From assembly GCA_951406725.2 (NCBI GenBank), contig OX597833.1, forward strand, positions 46,748,001 to 46,812,000: a stretch of DNA of 64,000 nt, written 5' to 3'. Below, in pieces: positions 11,961 to 24,319 of this stretch. Position 1 is the stretch's first letter; each line of letters begins with the position of its first letter. The position numbers were made by a program, and so were the translations under genes. Source of the stretch: Octopus vulgaris (lineage: Eukaryota). Under the pieces are notes generated by a model, which saw nothing but the letters and a program-made list of their open reading frames with translations, did not search any database and was not told the DNA's origin.

Positions 11961-12594
11961 ACGTATGTATTTGGCTACAAATCTAAAGATCTGAAGAAAG
12001 CTCTTAGCAATAATTATGCCGAAACCAATCAAATCTGTATTTCTCCGGACAAAAGAGAAAGAGAGAGCAACCAAAAACTAAATAAAATAAATCAATTATT
12101 TCTTCTTATCTCCATGTATAATAATTCTACAGCAAACAGTTCTCCATTGTTGTAACTTCTGGTGTATTGGTGTCTGATTTTTACAAGCCGACCTTTCTTG
12201 AGTGTTCATCATCTGCCGTTTCTTTTCTCTGTTTTCTTGCTTTTCCTTTCATTATTTTTCTTATATTTTGTCTGAAAAATGAAGATCAGGAGAAGTTGCA
12301 GCCTGACCAAGCTAATCCTAAACTAAATGAGAGGTCAGAAGTTCATATTCTGTCTTTGGTTATAGCAGGCACTTTTATGTTACCATCTTATCATTGTGGA
12401 TGGAAAAATGGAGAAAGACATTGGGATTTTTCAATAAACAAGACAAGCTACATTCCAACTAGTTTGTGGATGGTAGTAACAAAAAAGAAAAACGACTGAA
12501 GAAGAAGAAAAATGATTGAAAAGGAAGGCAAAAAAATGAGAAGAGGAAGAAAACAAAAACCGAGAAGAAGAAGAGGAAAAAGAAGAATTCTTGC

Positions 12595-12960
12595 ATCTTT
12601 TGTTTCAGTCATTAGACTGCGGCCATGCTGGGGCACCACCTTGAAGTATTTTTAGTTCAATGAATCAACCCCAGTGCTAATTTTTTTTTAAAGCCTGGTA
12701 CTTATTCTATTGGTCTCTTTTACCAAACTGCTAAGTTACAGGGACATAAACACACCAGCATTGGTTGTTAAGTGGTTTGGGTGGTGAGGCAAAAACACAC
12801 ACAAACATATATGATGGGATTCTTTCAGTTTCCATCTACCAAAGCCACTCATAGGGTTTTGGTCAGCCCAAGACTATGGTAGAAGACACTTGCCCAATGT
12901 GCCACGCAGTGGGACCGGACCCTCAACCATGTAGTTGGGAAGCAAGCTCCTTACCATACT
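12595..12960 (-). mobile_element. Family-A SINE (older copy)
   Basis: Similarity to the family-A consensus. Confidence 0.8.
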
Positions 12961-12964
12961 GCTG

Positions 12965-13413
12965 AGGAGAAGAAGAAGAAGAGGGAGAAGAAGAAGAAGA
13001 GAGAAGAAGAGGGAGAAGAAGAAGAAGAAGAAGAAGAAGAAGAAGAAAAAGAAGAAGAAGAGAGAGAAGAAGAGGGAGAAGAGGGAGAAGAGGGAGAAGA
13101 AGAAGAAAAAGAAGAAGAGGGAGAAGAAGAAGAAGAAGAGGAAGAAGAAGAAGAAGAGGGAGAAGAAGAAGAAGAAGAAGAAGAAGAAGAGGGAGAAGAA
13201 GAAGAAGAAGAAGAAGAAGAGGAAGAAAAAGAAGAAGAAGAAGAAGAAGAAGAAGAAGAAGAAGAAGAGAGAGAAGAAGAGGGAGAAGAAGAAGAAGAAA
13301 AAGAAGAAGAGGGAGAAGAAGAAGAAGAAGAGAAAAAAAGAAGAAGAAGAAGAAGAAGAAGAAGAAGAAGAAGAAGAAGAAGAAGAAGAAGAAGAAGAAG
13401 AAGAAGAAGAAGA
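12965..13413. repeat. ~450-bp pure polypurine (GAA)n tract
   Basis: Direct. Confidence 0.95.
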
Positions 13414-14303
13414 CAGGAGATCCAACTTAATTCTATAGACAAATAGAATACCTTAAAACTAATGAGCTGTGATTGAGCAGATCAAAATGATTATATCTTG
13501 GACTACATTACCTAGTGTATTCATTTTTAATAAGATCAACCAAGATTTAAAAGAGATTTGGCAGCTATTTCTAGAGCTTCTCTTACTGGGTTGCCTGGTG
13601 GTGGTTGTTGAATAGCAGTAAGTCAGCTCAGATGAAGCAAACCTAAAATCAAAGGCATTCCAACCAAGACCATCCATTCTTTTTCATGCCTCACAATTCC
13701 AAGAGAGCATCATCCAATGTGCTCTTCAGTTTTATTTTTACGGGGGAGGGGATTATGAAATAGAAGATAAAGTATAATTTGAGGTAAATTTTGCGGCTAT
13801 TTCTAGCAGGTTTAGTGACCATATATAGCCTTCTCCATTATTTCTTCAGATTAGGGCACTGAGCTGGCAGAATAGTTAGCACAGCAGACAAAATGCTTAG
13901 CAACATTTTGTCCATATTTACATTCTGCTTTCAAATTCTGCCAAGGTCAAATTTATCTTTCATCTTTTAGGAGTTGCTAAAATAAGTACAACTAGAGCAC
14001 TGCAGCTGATGCAACTGACTGGCCCCTACCAGAAAATTTTGGCCCTTGTGCCACAATAGAAAGAATTATTTCTTCAGATTTTCATGAATTGTTGTTGATT
14101 AGTTCTAATTCAGCACTGGTCAAGTTGACATCTATTTTTTGTTTGAACATTTGACCAGGATCTTATCATCTAATGAGTCCTATTTTTAAGGTAGGTATGA
14201 TTCAAGTAAGATTTGGCTGCTATATCTAGCAGGCCAACCATCCACATAGAAGCTGCCTAACTGGTTCATCAAGTCTTTGTTAGACTAGCTCAGGTGTTTT
14301 TAA

Positions 14304-14525
14304 CTCTCTTGTTGCCATATTTCTGTTGAGATGCTCTGTGTTTCTTTCAATTAATTCTAAATATAACAAAGAATTTAGTAAAATAACTTAGTTATCATTA
14401 AGCTAGTGTTAGGAACATAAATTGTGACTAAGGTTTGGTGGAAGATTTTAATTCAAAACTTTTGAAAACAAGATATTTGTACTACAGAGCCAGAGGCAGT
14501 TTCAGCCGAGTTGGTACTGAAAAGG
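14304..14525. mobile_element. piggyBac-type MITE (~222 bp), copy 1
   Basis: TTAA at both ends with decayed CCCTTT../..AAAGG ends; near-identical copy at 32815-33036. Confidence 0.75.
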
Positions 14526-15437
14526 TTAAACATTGTATTGTGATGATTTTTATTCCATTTTTTGGTTTTATCTGTTTTTAAAAAAAAATATACAACCAAA
14601 TATACATGGCCACAGTCAAATGACTGAAACAAGTAAAAGAGTAAAATGAGTGTGGACGTATAGGAGAATGTTTTCAGTCACAAAGATCATCAGACAAAAT
14701 GAATGGGTGTTACAAGTAGGTGAGAGACGATAACAACTCCTGAACATTGTGTGAAAACACAAGAGCTTGTTTATTATGGCCATATTCGAAGGAAAGGAAG
14801 ACCAGAGGGCAGTAGTAGTTCAAGAGGCAAGTAAAGAATGCAATGAATGGACAATTCCACAAGCTGGTTGGACAAGAGTGGCAAGGCAGCTGGAGAACTT
14901 GTGCTCAATCAAGAAGACGTTTGTTTAAGTATCATCAGTGCACTACAGGCCTATCATACATGACACTGACAATCGCGAGATCTTTCTGTCATGCCAATGT
15001 AAACGTTTATGCATTTCTACTAGTCTGGGTTCTATAGGTGACTTCTATCTCACAAAATTTAGCTGCTATGTTGCAGGATTTGTCATATGGGAAAGTGTTA
15101 AGGATCTTGCATTAAGCATGTACCTTTGGCTCAGTTGGTAACTATGTGTGATATTATGTTTTTAAATGAACATCGGTCTTTGAAGGAGATGACAGAGGAT
15201 TTGAGATATATGGAACATTGCTGTACTCAAGAAGACCCACCCATCACAGCTGAATTGAGATCCTAAAATTATGGTTCCACATAAAAAGCATTGGTGCTGG
15301 TGCCAGTTAAAAATGCACCCAATATACTCTGTAAAGTAGCTGGTGTTAAGGAGGACATCCAGCTGTAGATACCAAGCCAAAACAGACTCTCTCCCAGAAA
15401 ATATTATAAATACAATGTCAGGGTTCTGGCATTGCAA

Positions 15438-15830
15438 TCTATATATATAAAGCTGAAGTCGTCTGTGTGTGGCAGGTTTGGTAGCCTTCAACTAATACTA
15501 TCTCCTCCGAGACCCTGCAGCGCAAGTTGACCAAAATTGAGAGTATGATACAAGAAGGCTTGTTCTTCATTCCATAGAAGATAAAATTCAAATCGGACCA
15601 TGTTAACACCAAAAATTATTTACATCAAAAAGGTGCTTTTTTTTTTCTATGAAAATCCCTATTTTTTACGATATTTTGCCTGCTGTGTCACCATTTTTCG
15701 GTGTATTTCAAGCAGAAAAACGTTCCCTTAAAGAGAATAACAAGCTACATAAAGCAAAAGTTTTACTTTTCAAAAATTCCAATTCTAAAGAGTTGAAATA
15801 AACCTGAGCAATGCCGGGCAATACTGCTAG
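15438..15830 (+). mobile_element. Non-autonomous Helitron
   Basis: A|TCTATATATATAAAG start; subterminal hairpin cctgagcaatgccggg; ends CTAG|T; no TSD. Confidence 0.8.
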
Positions 15831-16332
15831 TACCCTATTAAATGAGCTAATGGATTGCAGTCATCTATCACACAAAATTGCTTCTCAGAGCTATTAGTAT
15901 TTTCTAAGGTAACAATGAATAAGAATAACAGTTACTTCATATGAAATGACATCAATCAGGAGATAGCTAATAAGGGAGAAATTGCCCCTGTGAGCACATT
16001 TTTCAAAATTGGTAACCTTTCGACAATTTATTTTTTTTTAACTCTTTAGTTAACTTGTGCAATAAAAGTCAAATCTATTTTTATTATTATTATTTTTTTT
16101 TTGTTCTGCTAATTGGACGGCATAGGAAGAGCTATCTGGAGTCATTACTTTAGTTGATCAATCTCCTGCATTTTTGAACTGTCAACTCAACCTCCTGTGA
16201 CATGCTGACGGCCACTGACATCTCAAGAACCAAAATAAAACCTGACATCATGAACTTTTGACACTGGACAATCCTGTAGAGTTTCATCTTCGTCACACCT
16301 ACATCAGAAGTTGTAAGTTTCATACATAATGG

Positions 16333-16718
16333 ATGGAAGCACTCCGTCGGTTACGATGACGAGGGTTCCGGTTGATCCGAATCAACGGAACAGCCTGCTC
16401 GTGAAATTAACGTGTAAGTGGCTGAGCACTCCACAGACACGTGTACCCTTAACGTAATTCTCGGGGATATTCAGCGTGACACAGAGAGTGACAAGGCCGG
16501 CCCTTTGAAATACAGGTACAACAGAAACAGGAAGTAAGAGTGAGAGAAAGTTGTGGTGAAAGAGTACAGCAGGGATCACCACCATCTCCTGCCGGAGCCT
16601 CATGGAGCGTTAGGTGTTTTCGCTCAATAAACACTCACAACGCCCGGTCTGGGAATCGAAACCGTGATCCTATGACCGCGAGTCCACTGCCCTAACCACT
16701 GGGCCATTGCGCCTCCAC
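16333..16718 (-). mobile_element. tRNA-derived SINE (head type 2, tail type 1)
   Basis: A box tggcccagtgg, B box ggtttcgattcc; 12-bp TSD catacataatgg (16321-16332 / 16719-16730); tail shared with 28969-29293. Confidence 0.85.
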
Positions 16719-16835
16719 CATACATAATGGCATTGTTACTGAAACAGGAAATTAATGAATGTAGAACACAATAACGTATATTATAACTGATGAAATATAT
16801 CACTTAAGAGAAGTGAGTAAAAAATTGTTTCATAT

Positions 16836-17722
16836 AGGCGTAGGAGTGGCTGTGTGGTAAGTAGCTTGTTTACCAACCACATGGTTCCGGGTTCGGTCCC
16901 ACTGTGTGGCACCTTGGGCAAGTGTCTTCTATAGCCTCGGGCCGACCAGAGTCTTGTGAGTGGATTTGGTAGATGGAAACTGAAAGAAGCCCGTCGTATA
17001 TATGTGTGTGTGTATGTTTGTGTGTCTGTGTTTGTCCCCCTAGCATTGCTTGACAACCGACGGTGGTGTGTTTATGTCCCCGTCACTTAGCGGTTCAGCA
17101 AAAGAGATCGATAGAATAAGTACTGGGCTTACAAAGAATAAGTCCCAGGGTCGAGTTGCTCGACTAAAGGCGGTGCTCCAGCATGGCCGCAGTCAAATGA
17201 CTGAAATAAGTAAAAGGGAGATGTGTGTCACAGCGCCTTTTTGGGGGTTTTTTTGTGCTCACTCCCCTAACTTTAGAACCAGGATACACCTCTGAGTGAC
17301 CATGTTTGACTATAAATGTAAGCAAACTAACAATTGGTGCAGGAGTGGCTGTGTGGTAAGTAGCTTGCTTACCAACCACATGGTTCCGGGTTCAGTCCCA
17401 CTGCATAGCACCTTGGGCAAGTGTCTCCTACTATAGCCTCGGGCCAACCAAAGCCTTGTGAGTGGATTTGGTAGACAGAAACCAAAAGAAGCCCATTGTA
17501 TATATGTATATATATATGCTTATGTGTTTGTCACCCCAACATCGCTTGACAACCGATGCTGGTGTGTTTACATCCCCGTATCTTAGCAGTTTGGCAAAAG
17601 AGACCGATAGAATAAGTACTAGGCTTACAAAGAATAAGTCCTGGGGTCAATTTGCTCGACTAAAGGTGGTGCTCCAGCATGGCCACAGTCAAATGACTGA
17701 AACAAGTAAAAGAGTAAAAGAA
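16836..17722 (+). mobile_element. Two adjacent family-A SINEs (16836-17218, 17335-17722)
   Basis: Full-length matches to the consensus. Confidence 0.9.
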
Positions 17723-17989
17723 TATACCAATCTCACTAAACTTCATTAGCTTAAAGCCAGCAACTGTTGAGGTTAGACACTTTCATAATACTTTAACTTA
17801 CCGTGAAATATTAAATTACTAGAAACAAACAATCTATTTTTGGTTGAATAGAAGTAAAACAGAACTCGTTAATAAAACTGTTTTAACTTACAGTACAATA
17901 TTTGTTTTAATTCATAAGCACATTCTATTGATGGTTTTAGAATTTTTAGATCACCATTACTACAAACACAATGGAGTCACAGAGAAGAC

Positions 17990-18745
17990 ATGCATACGCA
18001 ATTTGCCAAGGAAATGGCAACAGAGCTACTGCAAGGCATTTTGGCCAACATCCAACTGAGAAAACTATTACATGAATGGCAAAGGCAAAAGGTAAAATTT
18101 CAGCAAACAGTGAAAATCAAAGCACATCGTTTGCATATAAAAGAGAGGCTAGATGGGTGGAACTTGGAACTGGCAGAGGATATGATGGCTTGGGAGATTA
18201 TAAATAAGGTTTAATGTTAATATGACAAAACAAATCATTTCTGAAGCTAAAGTAAATACAAGAGGGAGGTGGAGGAGGAGAACAAGGAGGAGGAAGAGGG
18301 GGTAAGGAGAAGGAAGGGGATAAGGAGGAGGAGGAGGGGGCAAGGAGAAGGAAGGGGAGGACGACGAGGAGGAGGGGGGCAGGAGAAGGAAGGGGAAGAG
18401 GACAAGGACGAGGTGGAGGACGAGGAAGAGGAAGAGGAGGAGGAAGTGGAGGAGGATAACGAAGAGGATGGGGAGGAGGAGGAGGAGGAGGAGGGGGCAA
18501 GGAGAAGGAGGACGAAGGACGAGGGGGATGAGGAGAAGGGCGAGGAGGATGAGGAGAAGGGCGAGGAGGATGAGGAGAAGGGCGAGGAGGCGGAGGTGTC
18601 TAACTCAAAGAAACAAAGGCTTAATATTAACATGACCAAACAAATAATTTCTGAAGCTAAAGTAAATACGATGGTGAAAAAGCCTGCTGATTTTTCTGGT
18701 GCCAAGGGCTGGTTTTGCTGATTTATGAAAAGAAATAGAATAGCA
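17990..18745 (+). pseudogene. Degenerate pogo/Tigger-type transposase fragment (CENP-B HTH region) split by a GA-rich expansion
   Basis: ..KQRLNINMTKQIISEAK...ADFSGAKGWFC*FMKRNR resembles the F.AS.GWF..F.KR motif; a 54-bp segment is duplicated at 18206-18259 / 18616-18669 around the (GGA)n tract. Confidence 0.5.
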
Positions 18746-19336
18746 AATAAGTGAAAGAAAAAAAAGAAGAAAATCAGAAAGCTTCAATTTATTGGTCATT
18801 AAGTTATGAGTCCATAAACCAAACCAACACCAGTTGTTAGAGGTAAGGCGGATAAACACAAACATATATACATATATACCATGATTTAATATCTGTTTTC
18901 CATGTTGGCATGAGTTGGATGACTTGACAGGAACTGGCAAAGTCAGGGGAGCACTAGGTTTCATAGTCTGTTTTGGCTTGGTTTCTATAGCTGGATGCCC
19001 TTCCTAATGCCAAGTACTTTATAGTGGGTTTTTTTACATGGCAGCATCACCCATGCCTTTTATGTAGTACCAGCACCGGAAAACAGGCATTAAACGATAA
19101 TGATGATGATGATTATCATCATCATTGCTTAACGTCTGCTTTCCATGCTGGCATGGGTTGGATGGTTTGACCGGGGGCTGGCAAGCCAGAAGGCTGTACC
19201 AGGCTCCAATCCAATCCGGCAAAGTTTCTACAGGTGGATGCCCTTCCAAACGCCAACCACTCCAAGAGTGTAGTGGGTATTTTTTATGTGCCATTGGCAC
19301 AAGGGCCAGTCAGGCGGTACTGGCATCGAAAGCTGT

Positions 19337-19600
19337 ACTGGCATCGGAAGCTGTTTTCTGCACATTTTGAGTGTTTATTGCTCCTGAGCATTTGCCACAC
19401 ACAAAAACAATCTTCACAGTTAGCTTTCCTTTGATATTGCTGCATCTCTTATGCGTCCATAGCTTACACTGGGTACATCTTATGGATTTCTACCTATACC
19501 TTTTCTACAGATCAAGCAGGATCAGCTACCTGAAGGGATTTTTGGTTTTTCGGCCTTCCTACTTATTAAGACTTTGGTTTTTACTAGGTTGATTCTAAGG
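19337..19600 (-). mobile_element. RTE LINE fragment encoding a PHD-like C4HC3 finger
   Basis: C-LI-C..C-TQ-C-KLWT-H-KR-C...FV-C-GK-C (frameshifted); homologous to 31220-31440. Confidence 0.65.
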
Positions 19601-19636
19601 CCCTGTGTGAGATCCTTGGTACAGTTAGGAATATTT

Positions 19637-19875
19637 AAGGCGGCGAGCTGGCAGAAACGTTAGTACACCGGGCGAAATGCTTACCGGTATTTCGTCTGCC
19701 GCTATGTTCTGAGTTCAAATTCCGCCGAGGTCGACTTTGCCTTTCATCCTTTCGGGGTCGATTAAATAAGTACCAGTTATGCACTGGGGTCGATGTAATC
19801 GACTTAATCCGTCTGTCTGTCCTTGTTTGTCCTCTCTGTGTTTAGCCCCTTGTGGGTAGTAAAGAAATAGGTATA
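19637..19875 (+). mobile_element. Family-B SINE, full length
   Basis: Consensus match. Confidence 0.9.
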
Positions 19876-20274
19876 TTAGAAAATAAAAGAAAGAACGATT
19901 TCACTGGTTTGACCAGGGCTGACTTGGGGTTTTAACAACCAACAACTTAAATGTTTCAATTGTGAAACAAAAGAATGGCAGTCCACATCAGACAACTGAA
20001 GCTGGGGATGGTCATAGCTGGAATGCCTTTCATTATAGATTTGTTTAACCAGGGCTGACTTGGGGTTTAACAACCAATAGCTTAAACATTGCAGTTGTGA
20101 AACAATGGCTGTTACAAAATCAGAAACAAATGCATTTGCATTCATGTCTTTCTCTAATCAGTCACAGATTTGTGTCAATTTGACAGATTTCCCATTACCA
20201 AAAGAACTTATCTGATGTAAAACAAAATTAAAAAAAAAATTTTTTTAAAGATAAAGGGAAAGATAGATATATAC

Positions 20275-20575
20275 TGAGAAGGGGGAGGAGGAGGGGGAAG
20301 GGGAGGAGGAGGAGGAAGGGAAGGAGGAGGGGAAGGGGAGGAGGAGGAGGAGGATGGCAAAGAAAGGGAAGGGGAAGGGTTGGAGGATAAGGAGGGAGAG
20401 AGGAGGAAGAGGAAGGAGAGAGGAGGAAGAGGAAGGAGAGAGGAGGAGGAGGAAGGAGAGAGGAGGAGTAGGAGGGGAGAAGGAGGAGTAGGAGGGGAGA
20501 AGGAGGAGGAGTAGGAGGGGAGAAGGAGGAAGGAGAGAGGAGGAGTAGGAGGAAGAAGAGGGGGTGGAGGTGGTA
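20275..20575. repeat. GGA-rich polypurine repeat
   Basis: Direct. Confidence 0.9.
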
Positions 20576-21565
20576 GTGGCGGTGATGTTTCACTTAAAAC
20601 TTGATAGATAGCTATATAGATAGATTAACTCTCCAGGAAGTTTCAGGAGGTGAGTGATAGAAGAGCAAGGTGCCAAGTGACAGCTATCTATTAATAGAGT
20701 AACAGTATCAGATTGAACTCGTGACGTTTGGATTAATATTTTTTTCTTCTTTGTTATCTTTTAAATTTTGTTTATTAATTTGTTTCTGTTTGTTTGTTTG
20801 TTAAAGTTGTTGACACCACATTCCGCAACCCATCTTATTTAAAGCCGGATTGTGGTACTGACATGTAGCTTCACCTGTTGTGAATGTTATATTCTTCTTC
20901 TTTTACTTGTTTCAGTCATTTGACTGTGGCCATACTGGAGCATACTGATGGGTTTCAGTCAAACAAATCAACCCCAGGACTTATTTTGATGTCTAGTACT
21001 TATTCTGTTTCTTTATTACCCACAAGGGGCTAAACACAGAGGGGACAAACAAGGACAGACAAACGGATTAAGTCGATTACAGGTACTTAATTTATCGACC
21101 CCGAAAGGATGAAAGGCAAAGTCGACCTCGGCGGAATTTGAACTCAGAACGTAACAGCAGATGAAATACGGCTACGCATTTCGCCCAGAATGCTAACGGT
21201 TCTGCCAGCTCCAGTCACGTCTGATGAAGTTACAGGGATGTAAACACATCAACACAGGTAGTCAAGTGGTGATAGGGGACAAAGACACACATACACAGAC
21301 ATGGCTGATGCTAGTGTCGCCTGACTGGTTCTTATGCTGGTGGCACGAAATAAGCACCATTCATGCATGGGTCATTGCCAGTTCCGCCTGAGTGACTCCT
21401 CATGCTGGTGGCACATAAAAAGCAACATTTGAATGTGGTCAATGCCAGCCCTGTCTTGCTCCTGTGCCGGTAGCACATAAAAAGCACCATCTGAACATGG
21501 CCAGTGCCGCCTGACTGGCTCCCATGCCAGTGACACGTGAAAAGCACCCACAATATATATATATA

Positions 21566-22123
21566 TATCTGTAAATATAATATGTGACAAGTATTCGGTA
21601 GCCATGATAAAACATCGAGTTTCGGATACTGGGGCGGAAACCCACGCCACCATCTCTTCAGTTATCAGGCCATCGAAAAAATGCTATGAAAATGACCGTT
21701 AAACAAAGGGAAATTACTGTGTGATTGACCGTTATTAAGACAAAAGAGCTATATGAATGACCGCTAAATAATGGGAGAGAATAAAGATAAGGGAGTAAAA
21801 ATGTTCATAGTAATCACATAAGCGTGCATGACCATACATACACATGCGCATCTGCACACCCACGTACATGTGCCTATATGTATATACTCATCCACCCTCG
21901 CTTGAAACACACACATGCTCACCCACACATTCGCCAAAAAATATATATACATACCCGCATGCACGTTTGCACACACACGGCATGGGTTTCCGCCCTGACA
22001 TCTGAAACTCAGAGTTTTATCATGGCTACCGAAAAATTGTCACATATTAAATTTACAGATAAGTTCCTCCATTTACATAATATCGAGGTCTCCTTCATTC
22101 TTTTGTTGTCTTGCCAATTCTAT

Positions 22124-22125
<2 letters not shown>
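21566..22125. mobile_element. Penelope-like non-autonomous element with hammerhead motif and inverted terminal copy
   Basis: HHR-like GATAA-CTGAAGA-..-GAAAC..TTATC on minus at 21666-21606; 21566-21648 is inverted at 21979-22061; TA flanks; homologue at 46425-46622. Confidence 0.65.
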
Positions 22126-22168
<43 letters not shown>

Positions 22169-22173
<5 letters not shown>

Positions 22174-23346
22174 TATTATAAAAGGCAGATTTTATCTGCC
22201 TCCCTTTGGGAGTTATACAAATCTACAATATAGCATTTCTTCAATTACAATTTACCTAGCATTTTTGAGAGTACAATGCATCGCGTCATGCCAGGTCCAG
22301 TTTTTAAAATTTAAACTCCAATTAAGCAAAATTTACAGAAAACTCACATTCTGGTGTGTGTGTCAAATGCTTTTCTTAGTCTGGTTTACACCACACGCAA
22401 ACGCACACACACAGTGTGCGACGAATAAAATTAAAGTAAATGTAATATTTGTTTCTGTCTATCACGCTGATAGATACATGAGTAAAATGTATGGGAAGCT
22501 AACAGATAACAGTGAGTGAAAATGTTCTTGGAAGAGAGTAAATTAGCGACAGAGTGATTTGAGCAAGACTAAACTGAAAGTATGAAACAGTGTTTATGTA
22601 TAAACAGACGACACTTATATAAACCCTTTCGTTACCAAACCGCCCGAATTTACCTATTCATATTTAAATGAGAATATCAGAGTAAATCTCTTTAGTACAT
22701 TCGTGAAAACATGTATTATACTTCGTAAACACTTCAAATACAGTTTTGTACAAAAATCGAAGTGTAATTTTAATTCCGTGAATTATGGGAGATTTTTTTC
22801 CGAAATTTGTTCCTATTGTGTTTTCAAAATTTGTAATTCTGACAAAAAATGGATACGAATTTCATTATATCAAGCAGCGAGTCAGAATTCGAAGGATTTT
22901 CTACTGAAGACCTTCATAAATCTAACTCTATGACTGAAAAAAAATAAGCATCTTTATATAAGAGTGAAGTTGTGTGTCTGTCCCCTTCGATTTAGATTCG
23001 TAACTACTCCCACATTTTGCCGTGCAGTTTAACCAAAAGCGGGTATCTTATAGTCGTGATTCATATCGAGCCCTTCTGGGTATTAGCGTGCGTCTACGAT
23101 GAGTCTACGATTTAAAAAAAATTTACCATCATATTTTTCCATTTGAATGCATTTTTTTCGCTTTTATATAAGGGAAGTAACTCTCTAAAAATATCTACGA
23201 TGTGTCAACGATTTTTTAAAAAAAATTACCTTAATTTGTTTTCAATTTTTAATGCATTTTTTTGCTATTTTTTGGCTATAACTCTCTAAAAATGCTTATA
23301 TAGTTATTTCCCTTACAACCCGAGCAACGCCGGGCGATACTGCTAG
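22169..23346 (+). mobile_element. Compound non-autonomous Helitron (two 5' ends, one 3' end)
   Basis: A|TCTCTTATTATAAAAGG at 22169; internal A|TCTTTATATAAGAGTGAAG at 22951; hairpin cccgagcaacgccggg and CTAG|T at 23343-23346. Confidence 0.7.
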
Positions 23347-23382
23347 TATATATATAAATATATATATACACACATATATATA

Positions 23383-23590
23383 TAGTTAATCCAAACATGA
23401 AAACACAAAGAGAAAACACAACAACGTGAGGATGTGGAACAAGTATAGTGTTATTGGACGCTCATAGAAAGGAAAGAAAGAAAGAGGATTTAACGTTTCG
23501 AGCGAAGCTCTTCGTCAGAAACATAGGGAAAGGAAAGATCCAAGGAAGGGAAGACGGGGGGGAAAAATCGCCAACGATACACATGCGGTC
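23383..23590 (-). mobile_element. Penelope-like fragment with canonical minimal hammerhead
   Basis: TTT-CTGACGA-A-GAGC-TTC-GCTC-GAAAC-GTT-AAA at ~23521-23489. Confidence 0.7.
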
Positions 23591-24319
23591 AGAAGCCCAT
23601 CATGTGTATATATATATATATATACATGATGGGCTTCTTTCAGTTTCTATCTACCAAATCCACTCACAAGACTTTGGTTAGTCCAAGGCCATAGTAGAAG
23701 ACACCTGCCCAAAGTGTTGAAATTTCAAATTATGGACCCACCTCTTGCATGTAAAAACTTTGAGAAACTGGAAAAAAGTAATCTCTTGCAACAGAATCAA
23801 GACATGAACTAAACCGATACTTTACAAAGTGGTTGTTCTCACAATTCTCTTGTATGGATGTGAAATTGAAATACTTAGCAAAATGACATAAAAATGGTTG
23901 GAACACTTCCAACAGACAAAGCTGCAAATATCTTATGTATACAGTATACAGTGGCAACGTGATGTTACGAACAAGGAAATTCTTGATCAGATCAGACACA
24001 ACATCATTGGAACTGAGATGTTAAGATTACGGCCACAATGAGTTGGCCAAGTTCAAAGAATTTCAGTATATCGACTGCCAAAGATGCTTGTGTATAAAGA
24101 ACTGAAAAAAGAAATATGTCCAATAGTAGTTCCAAGACAGCAATACAAAAACCAGCAGAAATAAACATTCAGAACCTTTATTTCTTTCTTGTAAGCTGTT
24201 AATGTATCTGATAACCCACAGTGAAGGAAAAAAAACCGGTACACTGAATGCAACTTCTTGGAAAGTAATTAGAGAGAGAGGAAGATAGACAGAAAGTTCC
24301 AGCATTCTTTTCATCTCTT

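Noticed and set aside
10995-12271. Further candidate minus-strand exons (10995-11233 with AAG|GTATGT; acceptor at 12272)
   Set aside because: Splice-like motifs at a frequency expected by chance; no recognisable coding content; cannot be supported without RNA data.
12874-13442. Poly-K/E/S/F ORFs (also 18198-18721, 20228-20593, 27946-28254)
   Set aside because: Translations of GAA/GGA/GGAA repeats.
16781-17749. Recurrent peptides such as RRHLPKVPRSGTEPGTMW / RSTLPFILSGS
   Set aside because: Translations of SINE families A and B, not a gene family.
21220-21240. Isolated CTGATGA motifs (also 28218, 31783)
   Set aside because: No stem II/GAAA partner; chance matches.
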